Assembly: GCA_044222185.1 (NCBI GenBank)
Contig: JBGANV010000001.1
Span: 1,184,001-1,248,000, forward strand
DNA: 64,000 bases
Source of the DNA: Planctomycetota bacterium
GTDB taxonomy: Bacteria > Planctomycetota > GCA-002687715 > CAIWVZ01
Direction of reading: 5' to 3'
This document shows positions 9,725 through 19,838 of this stretch, piece after piece (the stretch's first letter is position 1; the number at the start of each line of letters is the position of its first letter). A program made the translations under genes and the position numbers. The notes beneath the pieces were generated by a model. The model was not told where the DNA came from, ran no database searches, and was given only the letters and a program-made list of their open reading frames with translations.

Positions 9725-10831
9725 ATGCGAACTCTTGCCTTCGTTCTCGTCTGGCTCGCCGCCGGCGCGAATCTCCTCGCCCAGAAAACCGAAGCGCCGC
9801 AGGCCGCTGACCCGTCCCTGGCCGCACTGAAGTTCCTCGTCATGGAACACGACTTCGAGAAGATCACGGACGAGAAGTCCGTCGCATTCTCGTTCACGTT
9901 CGTGAACACCTCCGACAAGCTCACCGTCAACGTGCGAAACGTCCAGAGCACGTGCGGTTGCACGGCGGCTGACCTCGGCAAGCGGGTCTACGCCCCCGGC
10001 GAGCGTGGCCAGATCGACGTGACGTTCAACCCGACGGGCAAGCACGGTCGCGAACAGAAGTCGATCTTCGTGGACACGGACGATCCACGCGCCCCGCGCC
10101 TCGAGCTCAAGATCATGGCGACGGTGATCCAGCGGATCCGCGTCGAGCCGGCATCGCTGTGGTTCGGCGAGGTCCGGTACGACAACGTGATCGGCACGAT
10201 CAGCCCGAAGCGCATCCAGATCACCACGACCGTTCCCGACTTCCAAGTGAAGGGCGTCACCGTCGAGGACAAACGCTTCGCCGTGCGAACGCTCAAGACC
10301 GACCAGGTCGAAAAGGCCGGCGAGAAGGCCACGCGCACCACCTACGAGATCTCGGTGGATGAGAACCTTCCGATCGGTCGCATCCAGACGCAGGGGACGT
10401 TCGAGACGAACGACGCAAAGCAACCCAAGATCGCATTCACCATCCTGCTCGACGCCGTCGGCGACCTCCGGGTCACGCCGGAGCGCATGTTCATCCAGAC
10501 CCGGAGTGCGAGCGAGGCGTTTGCGCAAGACACGACTCTCGTCCACCGCGACAACGGAGAGTTCAAGGTCACGGGGGCGACGGTCGTCAACGCCGAGAAC
10601 AAGGAGTTCGCGGGAATGAAGGCGGAGATCACGCCGCTCAATCCCACGCACACCTCCATGTGGCGCGTGAAGCTCACCGGGACGGGTCCGACGACTGCCG
10701 GCCAGCAGTTCTCGGGCACGCTGAAGATCACGACGGACTCCCCGCTCCAGCCGAACGTCGACGTCCCGTTCACGGGCATGCTCGTGGTCCAGCAGCCCGT
10801 GCCGCCCGCCGTCCCCACCACGAGCAAGTGA
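9725..10831 (+). CDS. Secreted DUF1573 (Ig-like) domain protein
   Basis: Signal peptide MRTLAFVLVWLAAGANLLA; HDF...FTFVN...STCGCT...PGERGQI motif followed by further beta-rich domains. Confidence 0.85.
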   Translation: MRTLAFVLVWLAAGANLLAQKTEAPQAADPSLAALKFLVMEHDFEKITDEKSVAFSFTFVNTSDKLTVNVRNVQSTCGCTAADLGKRVYAPGERGQIDVTFNPTGKHGREQKSIFVDTDDPRAPRLELKIMATVIQRIRVEPASLWFGEVRYDNVIGTISPKRIQITTTVPDFQVKGVTVEDKRFAVRTLKTDQVEKAGEKATRTTYEISVDENLPIGRIQTQGTFETNDAKQPKIAFTILLDAVGDLRVTPERMFIQTRSASEAFAQDTTLVHRDNGEFKVTGATVVNAENKEFAGMKAEITPLNPTHTSMWRVKLTGTGPTTAGQQFSGTLKITTDSPLQPNVDVPFTGMLVVQQPVPPAVPTTSK

Positions 10832-10837
10832 CCTGAG

Positions 10838-11401
10838 ATGATCCGCGGCGCCATCATCATCGTCGTTGCGGGGGTGGCCGTCGGCTGGATTCACTCGACG
10901 CTCGCGCCAGTGGACCTGGGCTTCCGTGCGCCACGGCCAACCGGAGCCCCAGCCGAATCCCGGGCCAACGCACCCGGCGCCATGGCGGTTCCGCCGGTAT
11001 CGGCGACCCGCCATACGGATCCGCCTCAGGTCCCTGAATCCGGTTCCAGTCTTCCGCGCGCGACGCGTGGTGACGGTTTCATCGGAATCCTCGAGGCCAA
11101 GCAGCACTTGGACGCAGGCACAGCGTTCTTCGTGGACGCCCGCCTCGAGAAGGACTACGTGGCCGGCCACATCCCGGGGGCATTTTCCTGCCCGCCGGAG
11201 AAGTTCTACGCCGGGGCGTTTCCCGACATCGTGAACATGCTCCCCCGCACGAGCACGCTCGTGGTTTACTGCGGCGGTGGTGACTGCGACGCATCCATCC
11301 TCGTGGCCAAGCGCCTCACCGAATTCGGCTTTGCATCCGTGCTCGTCTGCGAGCAGGGATTTTCGGGCTGGACGGCGGCAGGGTTGGCTGTCCAGCGGTA
11401 G
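10838..11401 (+). CDS. Membrane-anchored rhodanese-like domain protein
   Basis: FVDAR, YVAGHIPGA, VYCGGGDCDAS, GFSGW motifs; N-terminal hydrophobic segment. Confidence 0.88.
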   Translation: MIRGAIIIVVAGVAVGWIHSTLAPVDLGFRAPRPTGAPAESRANAPGAMAVPPVSATRHTDPPQVPESGSSLPRATRGDGFIGILEAKQHLDAGTAFFVDARLEKDYVAGHIPGAFSCPPEKFYAGAFPDIVNMLPRTSTLVVYCGGGDCDASILVAKRLTEFGFASVLVCEQGFSGWTAAGLAVQR

Positions 11402-11689
11402 GAGGATGCTTCGGATCTCCGCCCGCCTGGTCCGGGTGTGCGATCGACATTCGGCCGCAATCGACGCCCCGCAGGCCACCAGGCGTGACGTTGCTCCGCG
11501 ATCTGGAACGGAGTTTCCTCGAGGCGGTCGCTCCGACCTGCTTGCAGGCGGCGACATGCAAACCGTAGACTGCCGGCGCCGTAGCGTCGGAGTCCGCCCA
11601 TGTTGGGCGTTCCCCGCCTTCCGCCGACACCGCTTCAGGCGTGTCGGGCTCTCTGCTTGACCCCTACAGTCCCCTCTTTGGAGTTTCAT

Positions 11690-13444
11690 GTGAAGTCAAC
11701 CTGGGCACTATCCATCGCCGCCGCCGTCCTGATCATGTCGAGCGCCACAGCGCAGCTCGCATTCAGCTCGAGCATCGCGGGCACGTTCGACGACATCCAA
11801 TTCAGCGGTGGAACCTCGCTGGGAACGGCCTCCGACGACTCGGAGCACAACTTCACCGCGACGATCGGCAACGCACTCTTACCCGCAGGACCCGTTCGCG
11901 TCGGCAACAACGGCGCTGCGGTGTGGGGCATCACGACCGGTGACGTCGGGTTCACGAACGCGGCGATCCCGGCGACCGGCCTTCCGAGCGGCATCCCCTC
12001 CGGCGGCGACAGCGCCCTCCTTCCGTGGTGGGACGATCTCTTCCCGAGCACGGCCCAGACCGGCGCGCTCACCCTGTGGTTCAAGGAAGACGTGCCGAAC
12101 GGCGTGCTCACGATCATGTGGAAGAACGAGGACCACTTCAGCGCCACGGGGACGGGGACGATCACCGTCGAACTGAAGGTCTTCGCCACTGGACCGGTCT
12201 TCGCTCAGTTCCTCTACCCGGACGCCGAGTTCACCGGTCCGCCGACGTTGGCGGCCCAAGACCGCGCCGGCAGCGCGACGATCGGCTACATCAAGGGCTC
12301 GAACGCATCGGCTTGCCCCACGACGGCGAACCTGCAGTTCAGCTTCAACCAGCAGGTGATCCAGAACGGCACCGTGCTCAGCCTCGTCCAGGCCCCGGGC
12401 TTCGGCGCCAGCGCCACCGCAACGCCGAGCGGCCTCAACGCCGGCTCGTCGACGCTCGTCTCGTTGAATCTCGGCTGCGGCGCCCTCTTCCCGGCCACCG
12501 CGACTGCCGACATCTCGAGCCTCGTCGGATCGCCGACGACCGTTCCCATGAACGACAACGGCGGCGGCAACTTCTCCGTGGTCGTCGGCGTTCCCCTCGG
12601 CACGCCCCCGGGCAACTACGCGGTCCCGATCAGCGCCACCGACAGCACGCCGTTCACTGCGAACACGTCGGTCACGATCTCGGTGCGCCCGGACAACGAT
12701 GACTGCGCCAACGCCATCGCGATCGCGGACGGCCCGACGACGGGAACGAACGTCAACGCGACGACCCAAGCCGGTCTGCCGACGAGCCTCTGCGCGTCTG
12801 GCCCGCTCGAGGTCTGGTACACCTACACGAACCCGCTGGCGTGCGCCGAGACGGTCACGGCGTCCCTCTGCGGCGGAGCCACGTTCGACACGGTCATTCG
12901 GATCTACTCCGGCACGTGTGGCTCCTTCACCAACGTCGCGTGCAATGACGACTTCTGCGCCCTCCAGTCGCAGTTGACGTTCACGGCCGCGCCGCTCACG
13001 ACCTACTACGTCGCGGTCGGATCGTTCTCGACCACCACCGGGCCGTTCACGCTGACGATGACCAGCCACACCGCAGTCTCCCAGCAGTTCGGCACGGCTT
13101 GCGGCACGCTCCCGCCGGCCTTGAACGGGACCGTCCCCTTCCTCGGCCAGAACGGCACGCTGTCGATCACGGGCGCCGACGCGAACGCCCCCGGGATCAT
13201 CTTCGCCGCTCCCCCGGGCGGCGCTCCGACCCCGCTCGGCGGGACCTGCAACCTCTACCTCCAGCAGGGTGGTCTCGTTCTGTTCCTCCTCGCGAACACG
13301 GACGCCCTTGGCGCGTGGAGCTTCACGGGCCTGATCCCGAACGACCCGCTCCTCGACTGCTTCCCGCTCGACCTCCAGGCGATCATGCTTGGCAGCGGCG
13401 GCTTCGCGGCCAGCAATGGGTTGCACCTGGTGCTCGGTCACTGA
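11690..13444 (+). CDS. Secreted multidomain beta-rich surface protein (nidogen-like, Ig-like, PPC-like and C-terminal domains)
   Basis: GGAG RBS then GTG 11690; signal peptide; LPWWDDL; NDDCANA..EVWY..FDTV..CNDD..YYVAVG module; Thr/Gly/Asn-rich. Confidence 0.85.
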   Translation: MKSTWALSIAAAVLIMSSATAQLAFSSSIAGTFDDIQFSGGTSLGTASDDSEHNFTATIGNALLPAGPVRVGNNGAAVWGITTGDVGFTNAAIPATGLPSGIPSGGDSALLPWWDDLFPSTAQTGALTLWFKEDVPNGVLTIMWKNEDHFSATGTGTITVELKVFATGPVFAQFLYPDAEFTGPPTLAAQDRAGSATIGYIKGSNASACPTTANLQFSFNQQVIQNGTVLSLVQAPGFGASATATPSGLNAGSSTLVSLNLGCGALFPATATADISSLVGSPTTVPMNDNGGGNFSVVVGVPLGTPPGNYAVPISATDSTPFTANTSVTISVRPDNDDCANAIAIADGPTTGTNVNATTQAGLPTSLCASGPLEVWYTYTNPLACAETVTASLCGGATFDTVIRIYSGTCGSFTNVACNDDFCALQSQLTFTAAPLTTYYVAVGSFSTTTGPFTLTMTSHTAVSQQFGTACGTLPPALNGTVPFLGQNGTLSITGADANAPGIIFAAPPGGAPTPLGGTCNLYLQQGGLVLFLLANTDALGAWSFTGLIPNDPLLDCFPLDLQAIMLGSGGFAASNGLHLVLGH

Positions 13445-13485
13445 TCGGCTGAGGTGGTCAGCCAGCTGACCGCTTCATTCCAGGC

Positions 13486-13518
13486 AAGCCGCGTGTCTTC
13501 GGACACGCGGCTTTTTTT
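13486..13518 (+). terminator. Intrinsic terminator
   Basis: AAGCCGCGTGTC-TTCG-GACACGCGGCTT followed by a T run, downstream of 13444. Confidence 0.9.
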
Positions 13519-13542
13519 CTGCATCCGTCGTGAACCGCAGCG

Positions 13543-14466
13543 TCAATTCCGTCGCAAGATGCCCCAGGCCATCTTGACAATGGTCCCGCAGTGGGGCTTG
13601 GATGCCTTCCAGCTGCCGAGGTCCTTCCGCACGCGGAAGCACTGGCGGATCGCCACGTACACGAGGACGCACTTCGTGAGGAATGCCCCGACGAACCCCC
13701 AGTGCTTGCGATAGAAGGCGATGCGGTTGCGATGCCACTCCGCGCCGAAGTCGGAGTAGCGGCGTGTGGACCCGCCGAGGTGATGAACCACCGCGACATC
13801 GTCGAGGTACCACAGCTGGAAGCCCGCCCGGGTGATCCGCAAGGCCCAGTCGACGTCATTGAAGAAGAGCCAGAGCTTCTCGTCCATGAGTCCGACCTGG
13901 TCGATCACGGCGCGCGGCACGACCAGGCAGGTCCCCGGGGGCTGCTCCACTTGTCGCGTACCCCGGTGATCCCACTCGAGGTACTGGTAGCGACGAAGTT
14001 CCTTCGCGTTGGGAAACCAGCGCTGCAGGAACGTGTCCCAGATGAACACGGTCGCGAGTCGCGGGAACCGCATGCACGCGCGCTGAACCGAACCGTCCAG
14101 GTTCATGAGGCGCGGCGCAACGGCTCCGACGTCCGGGTGCTGGACGAGAAACGCGACGAGCGCCGGCAACGCATCGGTGGCGACGCGTGTGTCCGAGCCG
14201 AGGAGGCACACGTAACGCCCCTCGGCCAGCCTGATGCCCTGGTTGACGCCACGGGCGTACCCGACGTTCTCGGAATTCCGCTCGAGCCGCACCCAGGGGT
14301 AGGTCGCGGCCACGAGGTCACCCGACCCGTCGACTGACGCGTTCTCGATCACGATCACTTCGACAGCGAGCCCGCCGCGCCCCTTGTCGATCGCGTCCAG
14401 GCATTCACCAAGCAGCGTCTTGGTGTTCCAGGAGAGGACGACGATCGAGAGGTCGGGCTGGGGCAT
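13543..14466 (-). CDS. Glycosyltransferase family 2 (WbbL-like)
   Basis: DLSIVVLSWN, IENASVDGS, LLGSD, FFNDVDW, HHLGGS motifs. Confidence 0.9.
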   Translation of the reverse strand: MPQPDLSIVVLSWNTKTLLGECLDAIDKGRGGLAVEVIVIENASVDGSGDLVAATYPWVRLERNSENVGYARGVNQGIRLAEGRYVCLLGSDTRVATDALPALVAFLVQHPDVGAVAPRLMNLDGSVQRACMRFPRLATVFIWDTFLQRWFPNAKELRRYQYLEWDHRGTRQVEQPPGTCLVVPRAVIDQVGLMDEKLWLFFNDVDWALRITRAGFQLWYLDDVAVVHHLGGSTRRYSDFGAEWHRNRIAFYRKHWGFVGAFLTKCVLVYVAIRQCFRVRKDLGSWKASKPHCGTIVKMAWGILRRN

Positions 14467-14783
14467 GGCGGCGAGATCCGCGGTCGTGGGCGCGCAGGAT
14501 AGCGCGGCAGGGGCGGCAGCGCGCGGTGCCCGGTTGAAGCCGTGAGTAGGCCGGCCGATGGCGCGGCGGGTCGTTGGGTGCTCACGAAGGAGGCGGCGCG
14601 GGGTTCGTGATCGGTCGGGCGCGGGAACGCATGGCGGGTGGTGTGCGAGGTCGGGGTGCGACGCGTGTAGGCGTTCACGGCGAGCGGGTGGCGCCGCACG
14701 GTTGGTGGTGTGACGGCGCCATCGGTGCTCACGTCAGGGCTGGAGCCCTGACGGTCCGGCCAGGCGGAGCCTGGCGTTCCGGA

Positions 14784-16106
14784 TCACTCGTACTTCTTTT
14801 CGATCTCGCGCTGGAGGTCGCGGAACTCCTTCCAGACGCGCTCGAGATCGTCCTCGTTCAGCGACGGCTGGTGGATCATCGTGTCCGCGGACTCGTACCA
14901 GAAGTCCTGGTTGTCGGCGAGGTAGCCCTCGCGCTGACACACGTCATAAAGCTCGGTGCCAGGCAGCGGCGTGAAGTGGAAGAAGTAGAGCGCGTTCGGA
15001 TCGAGGCGGCGGTTGAGCGCGATCGTCTCGCGAACGAGATCCGGGTTCTCGTACGGCAACCCGATGATGTTCGACGCGACCGTCTCGATCCCGACTTCGC
15101 GGCAGTTGTCGAAGGCCTCGATGATGATGCGGTCGGTCGTCCGCTTCTTGAGATGCTGGCGGCGGTAGTCCTCGTTGCCGGCTTCCACGCCCATGGCGAG
15201 GATCTGGCAGTTCGCCCGCTTCATCATCTTCAAGTTCGAGACGGTGCACGTCTCGGCGCGCACGAAGGCGGTCCACGGAAGCCCGACGTCCTTCGCGTAC
15301 GAATCGCAGAACTCCTCGAGCCAACCGGTGCCGAGGCAGAACATCTCGTCCCAGAACTCGAAGCGCTTGACGCGATAGCGATCCTTCAGCGCCTTCAGTT
15401 CCTCGATGACGTTCGGCACGGAGCGCTTGCGCGTGAATCGCCCCTTGCCGCGGTACATCATCAACCACGACGAATTGGCGCAGAACGTGCACGCGTAAGG
15501 GCAACCGCGCCCGGCATACACGGGCATGATTTCGTTCCCCCACACGAGGGCGAGCTTGCCCACGTCGTTGAGGAGGCGGTCCATGTCGAAGGCGTCACGG
15601 TCCCACATGGGGAGCGTGTCCAGGTCCTCGATGAGCGGGCGCAGCGCATTGCGGTGGATGACGGCCTCGCCGTTCACCATCTCCTTCACCCAGATGTTCT
15701 GGATCTTCCGGAGATCCTCACCCTTCGCCATCTTGTCGCACAGTTCGACGATGGCGAGGTCGCCTTCGCCCTGGCAAATCATGTCGACGGCGTCGTGGCG
15801 GAGCACCATCTCCGGCAGTGACGTCGGGTGGTACCCACCGACGATCACGGGCGTCTCGGGCTTCGCCGCCTTCACCCATCGGCTTCGCTCAGCGACCGGC
15901 TGCCACTGGAACGACATGCAGGTGAAGCCGAAGACGTCCGGCTTGTAGTCGTCCAGGTGACGCGCGTAGTCGGCCGGCGTCATCGTGTTGTCGTCGACGA
16001 TGACGCGGCAGTCGTGACCGGACTTCTTGAGGATCGCCGACATGGCGGCGATGCCTGGGTGGAACTCTCGGTCTCCACGCGACCAGTGAACCAATGTCAC
16101 CTTCAT
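14784..16106 (-). CDS. Cobalamin-binding radical SAM protein (class B methylase-like)
   Basis: N-terminal B12 domain (VIVGGYHPT, QGEGD), GRGCPYACTFC, GVEAG, IGLPYE, FTPLPGT; start ATG 16106. Confidence 0.93.
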   Translation of the reverse strand: MKVTLVHWSRGDREFHPGIAAMSAILKKSGHDCRVIVDDNTMTPADYARHLDDYKPDVFGFTCMSFQWQPVAERSRWVKAAKPETPVIVGGYHPTSLPEMVLRHDAVDMICQGEGDLAIVELCDKMAKGEDLRKIQNIWVKEMVNGEAVIHRNALRPLIEDLDTLPMWDRDAFDMDRLLNDVGKLALVWGNEIMPVYAGRGCPYACTFCANSSWLMMYRGKGRFTRKRSVPNVIEELKALKDRYRVKRFEFWDEMFCLGTGWLEEFCDSYAKDVGLPWTAFVRAETCTVSNLKMMKRANCQILAMGVEAGNEDYRRQHLKKRTTDRIIIEAFDNCREVGIETVASNIIGLPYENPDLVRETIALNRRLDPNALYFFHFTPLPGTELYDVCQREGYLADNQDFWYESADTMIHQPSLNEDDLERVWKEFRDLQREIEKKYE

Positions 16107-16331
16107 GGCGGGTTGCGACCTCCGAATCGGATGTTCTGTTTGCGTCGTGGCAACCGTCCCCGGTGCTGGACCGCGATCACATGCAACCGAGACTCGATCG
16201 CGCGGACAGGGTTTGATCCACGCTTCCACGAACGAATGGCGCCGCAGTATATCGTCACCGTTCGGATGTTCGCCAGAGGGCAATCGATGGCTGGCAAAAA
16301 ACTTACAGAATCAGCACTGAGGCAGTACCCA

Positions 16332-17558
16332 TTACTCGTCCTCGGGCCTCGCGAATGGTTCGGTCGTGGAGTCGAACTTCGCCGCTTCCTCCGCGCCCGC
16401 GACGGTTTCGAGCAGATCTGAAAGCCCGTCGATGACCGCCTGGAGCGACTTCGGCCGGCCATCCAGCCCCACCGTCACCCGGATCAGCCCTCGTTCGTCC
16501 GGGAAGTAGTGCCTCTCGAAATCGCACCCCGCGCGGCCGAGCCAGACCTCCTGCCCGGGGCGGGCTTCATGTTCCTCATCGAGCGCCTTCGGGGGCGTCA
16601 ACGTGACACGAAGGGCGGCAAAACGCGCCGGGTCGATCGGGTAATGCCTCAGGTCATAGTTGCCGACGACGAGTTCGCCCTTCGCCGTGACCCGAAGAAA
16701 GATGTCACCGCGGCGGCACGACCGGACCTCGAGGCCGAAAAGCACGGCCTCTGCGTCGGCCTGCGAATCGGAGGCGCGACTCGTCGGTCGGGACTCGGTC
16801 CCCACGAGTGCACCCACCCGGGCGCCGACGGCCTCGAGCGCACTCTCCTGACGCCGTGGCGCAAGACCGGGGTCGTAGCCGGTGTCGTTGCCCACGAGCG
16901 GTTGGAGGGTCAGCCAGGCGCGTCGTCGAGCCAGTTCCCCGAAATCGATCGCGAAGAAGCGCCGCTCTGCCGCCAGCGCATGCGCCAGCGTCCAGAGCCC
17001 TGAGCGGTCGCCGCAGCGCAGCAGGGCCTCCGCTGCCGCGAGCCGTGGCTCGAACGCCACGTCGTCGAGGTGCCTGCGGAGAATCCCGACGACCGCGTCC
17101 CGGTCGCTCGCGTGCTCCGACGCGCACCGCGCGAGCCCGTCCATGCACGCTTCGCGCACGGCGGGCAGCGCGTCATCTCCCAAGGACCGCCAGAACCCCA
17201 GGTCACCCCCGCCCGACCTGCGGGCGAGCGACTTCGTCGCGATCGGTCTCCAGGGGAACGCCGGATCCCGAACGGCGTCGATCAGGACCCGATCCGCGTC
17301 CTGATTCGGTGGCAGGTCTCCAAGCCACGCCACGAACAACGGTGAGAGGGCATATCGGCTGCGGCGCTCGATGAAGCCTTGGAGTTCCGGGAGCGCTGCG
17401 AGCCCAACGTTCGCAAGCGCCTTCACACCTTGTGCCGCGATGTAGGGGCTGGCGTTGTTGGCGCGCTCGATGATCTTCTCGAGCGACGGCTTCGACTCCT
17501 GCGCCGCCGCGAGGCCGACGAGCCATGCGGCGCAGAGCGTCGCAGCCCGCAGTCTCAT
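16332..17558 (-). CDS. Secreted HEAT-repeat protein
   Basis: Signal peptide MRLRAATLCAAWLVGLAAA-Q; L.D....VR.A repeats; ATGA-coupled to the DUF3299 gene. Confidence 0.75.
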   Translation of the reverse strand: MRLRAATLCAAWLVGLAAAQESKPSLEKIIERANNASPYIAAQGVKALANVGLAALPELQGFIERRSRYALSPLFVAWLGDLPPNQDADRVLIDAVRDPAFPWRPIATKSLARRSGGGDLGFWRSLGDDALPAVREACMDGLARCASEHASDRDAVVGILRRHLDDVAFEPRLAAAEALLRCGDRSGLWTLAHALAAERRFFAIDFGELARRRAWLTLQPLVGNDTGYDPGLAPRRQESALEAVGARVGALVGTESRPTSRASDSQADAEAVLFGLEVRSCRRGDIFLRVTAKGELVVGNYDLRHYPIDPARFAALRVTLTPPKALDEEHEARPGQEVWLGRAGCDFERHYFPDERGLIRVTVGLDGRPKSLQAVIDGLSDLLETVAGAEEAAKFDSTTEPFARPEDE

Positions 17559-18466
17559 TCGGCGATCTTCACCGACGTGGCCCTCAAGCGGTAGACGCTC
17601 GTGACGAACCCGTCCTCGACTTTCTCGCCGACCTCGAGCGTCCCCAGGATGACGACGGGAGACCCCGTGAAGTCGATCCCTTTCGTTCCCTCGAGGTGCA
17701 CGAGCAACACCTGGTTCACGTTCGGCGGCGTTCCGAAGCAGCACGACCACAACGACTCGACGAGGAGGAACTCGTGAATGTTCTCGACCTCCTCGAGCGT
17801 CATCATGTAGCCGGCGACCCCGATCTTCGCCCCGTTCAGGCGGGTGACGGATTCGGGGAGCTTCATCCCCTCCGTGTAGTCGAATCCGCCGAGCGTCTTC
17901 CACGCCACGGCTTCGTAGCCATCCGGCACCTTCACGGTGGGCGCGGCCCGCATGAAGCCCGTGTGCGTCGATCCGCCCGCTGCCGGTTGCGCCGCGGCCA
18001 GTGGAAGGCGCTTGTAGATGTCGCGCGCGAGGTTCTCCGCGACCATTCCGGCACGGCGGTCCTCGTCCTGAGTCAAGGGTTTATCCGCCGGTCGCGGAGT
18101 CTTCGGACGAAAATCGATCTGCACCTGGAGCAGGGTCTGCGCGACGCTCGCGGCCTCGTTCTTTCGCCGCGCGTCGTCCGCGAGGTTGGTGCGTTCCAGG
18201 ATGGAGGTGATGCGGTCGACGAGCACCGACTTCTCCGCCGGGTCGAAGCCCTTCTGAATCAGCTCCCGAGCGATCGTTCGCATTCCCTCGAGGAGCGGAT
18301 CGCGTGCGCCGTCCGGAATGTCGTTGAATCTGGGCCGAGAGTCGGCGACGGGTCGGCTGTCCGTCGGTCTCGATTCAGGCGACGCCGCGGGCTGCGGCGA
18401 TTGGGCCACGACTCCGCCGACGACCATTGCGGTGGCGAGGAACAGGAGGCTTCGAGCGTGATTCAT
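17555..18466 (-). CDS. DUF3299 domain periplasmic protein (ZrgD-like)
   Basis: LNG..I.VAGYM, EFLLV, SCCFGTPPNVNQV, GTLEVG..VYRL motifs; signal peptide. Confidence 0.85.
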   Translation of the reverse strand: MNHARSLLFLATAMVVGGVVAQSPQPAASPESRPTDSRPVADSRPRFNDIPDGARDPLLEGMRTIARELIQKGFDPAEKSVLVDRITSILERTNLADDARRKNEAASVAQTLLQVQIDFRPKTPRPADKPLTQDEDRRAGMVAENLARDIYKRLPLAAAQPAAGGSTHTGFMRAAPTVKVPDGYEAVAWKTLGGFDYTEGMKLPESVTRLNGAKIGVAGYMMTLEEVENIHEFLLVESLWSCCFGTPPNVNQVLLVHLEGTKGIDFTGSPVVILGTLEVGEKVEDGFVTSVYRLRATSVKIAE

Positions 18467-18476
18467 GGCGATGCCT

Positions 18477-19838
18477 TCAGGACGACGGCGCGAGGTTCGT
18501 GGCGACGTCGGTCCGGTAACCCTTGATCGCCGGTAGGAGCCCGGCGAGGGCTCCCACGACGGCGACGCCGAACAGAATGACAGATTCCGTGGACACGAAC
18601 CACGGGAGGGGGTGCTCGGCGCCCGGGGGAAACGGCGTTGCCCACCCTGCGTCCGGGGTGAATCCGCTACGCGCAGCGACCAGATCTCGCATCCAGATCA
18701 ACAGGACGCGCGACAGGAAGATGCCCCCTACGCACCCGAGGATGCTGATGAGGGTTGCCTCCCCAACGATCTGGGCGACCACCGTGCGACGCCCGGCGCC
18801 GATGGCCCGCAGGATGGCGATCTCCCGCCTCCGCTCGTTCATCGTGTTGTAAAGCGCCACGGCCACCGAGCTGACGCCCACGATCACGACGAGCACGGCG
18901 ACGAAGAGGAAGAGGCTATAGGTGTCGCCGACGGTGTCGAGGAGCTTGCGGATCTCCTCCGACGGATTCGCCACCTGGATGTCGGTGCGCTTCTTGAGCC
19001 GCCCGAGCAGCACGCCCTTCCAGACGCCACCCTGCGGATACACGATCGTGGCGGACAGGCCGGCCTCGCCCGTTTCCGACAGACGCGCCCCCTTCTGATG
19101 CTCGGGGATCTCATAGAACGAGTCCAGGTTGATGAACACCACGCGATCGAGGGTGGTCCCCGTCGGCTCGAGGATGCCGACGAGGTCCCACAGGTGCTCG
19201 TGCTCGTGCTGTTTCCCACCCTCGACGCCATGCGTCGGCTCGATCTTGTCGCCGACCTTCAGTCCGAGAGCGCGGGCGACGTCGCTGCCGATGACCGCCT
19301 CGGCCGGAGGCTCGTGATCGTGGCCGTGGCCGTGATCGTCGTCAGCTGGCGCCGACGCGGGACGCAACGACTCGACCTCCTCGATGGCATGTTCCAGCCG
19401 GTGTGCGTCGAAGGCGAACGGTCGGCCCTCGCGGACGCGGAGCGGGCGATCGGGCAACGGGCGAAACACGTCGTTGAAGATCGCGTCCGTCGTGCCGATC
19501 ACGCGATAGCCGCGGAAGGAATCGCCGACGGCGTAGGGGATCGCGAGCTTGACCGCCTTCTCCCCCATCAACTCCGTGTAGACGCGAAACGGCATGTTCC
19601 CGGGGCTCGTTCCCAGGTGGTAGACGGTGTTCAAGACGAGGTCGAGCCCGCTCCCCTTCGGGCTGCCGAGGACGATCGGGAACCCACTACCCTGGTTTCG
19701 ATAGTTCACCGAGACCTGGTGCGCCAGCGAGAGGATCGCCGCCACGAGCATGACACCGAGCGCGACGTTCAGCGCCGTCATGGTCGTGCTGATCTTCCTC
19801 AGCCCGAGGCTCCGCAGGATCCGCTGCCACAGGCTCAT
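18477..19838 (-). CDS. MacB/FtsX-type ABC transporter permease with His-rich loop (ZrgC-like)
   Basis: GDSFRGYRVIGT, NERRREIAILRAIGA motifs; DDDHGHGHDHE and HEHEH tracts; start ATG 19838. Confidence 0.9.
   Translation of the reverse strand: MSLWQRILRSLGLRKISTTMTALNVALGVMLVAAILSLAHQVSVNYRNQGSGFPIVLGSPKGSGLDLVLNTVYHLGTSPGNMPFRVYTELMGEKAVKLAIPYAVGDSFRGYRVIGTTDAIFNDVFRPLPDRPLRVREGRPFAFDAHRLEHAIEEVESLRPASAPADDDHGHGHDHEPPAEAVIGSDVARALGLKVGDKIEPTHGVEGGKQHEHEHLWDLVGILEPTGTTLDRVVFINLDSFYEIPEHQKGARLSETGEAGLSATIVYPQGGVWKGVLLGRLKKRTDIQVANPSEEIRKLLDTVGDTYSLFLFVAVLVVIVGVSSVAVALYNTMNERRREIAILRAIGAGRRTVVAQIVGEATLISILGCVGGIFLSRVLLIWMRDLVAARSGFTPDAGWATPFPPGAEHPLPWFVSTESVILFGVAVVGALAGLLPAIKGYRTDVATNLAPSS

Noticed and set aside
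16107-16331. Cobalamin riboswitch upstream of the B12 radical SAM gene; 10-bp repeat TCGGATGTTC at 16127 and 16262
   Set aside because: No B12-box or GGGAA/ACTG core recognisable; two copies of a 10-mer are too weak to call an operator
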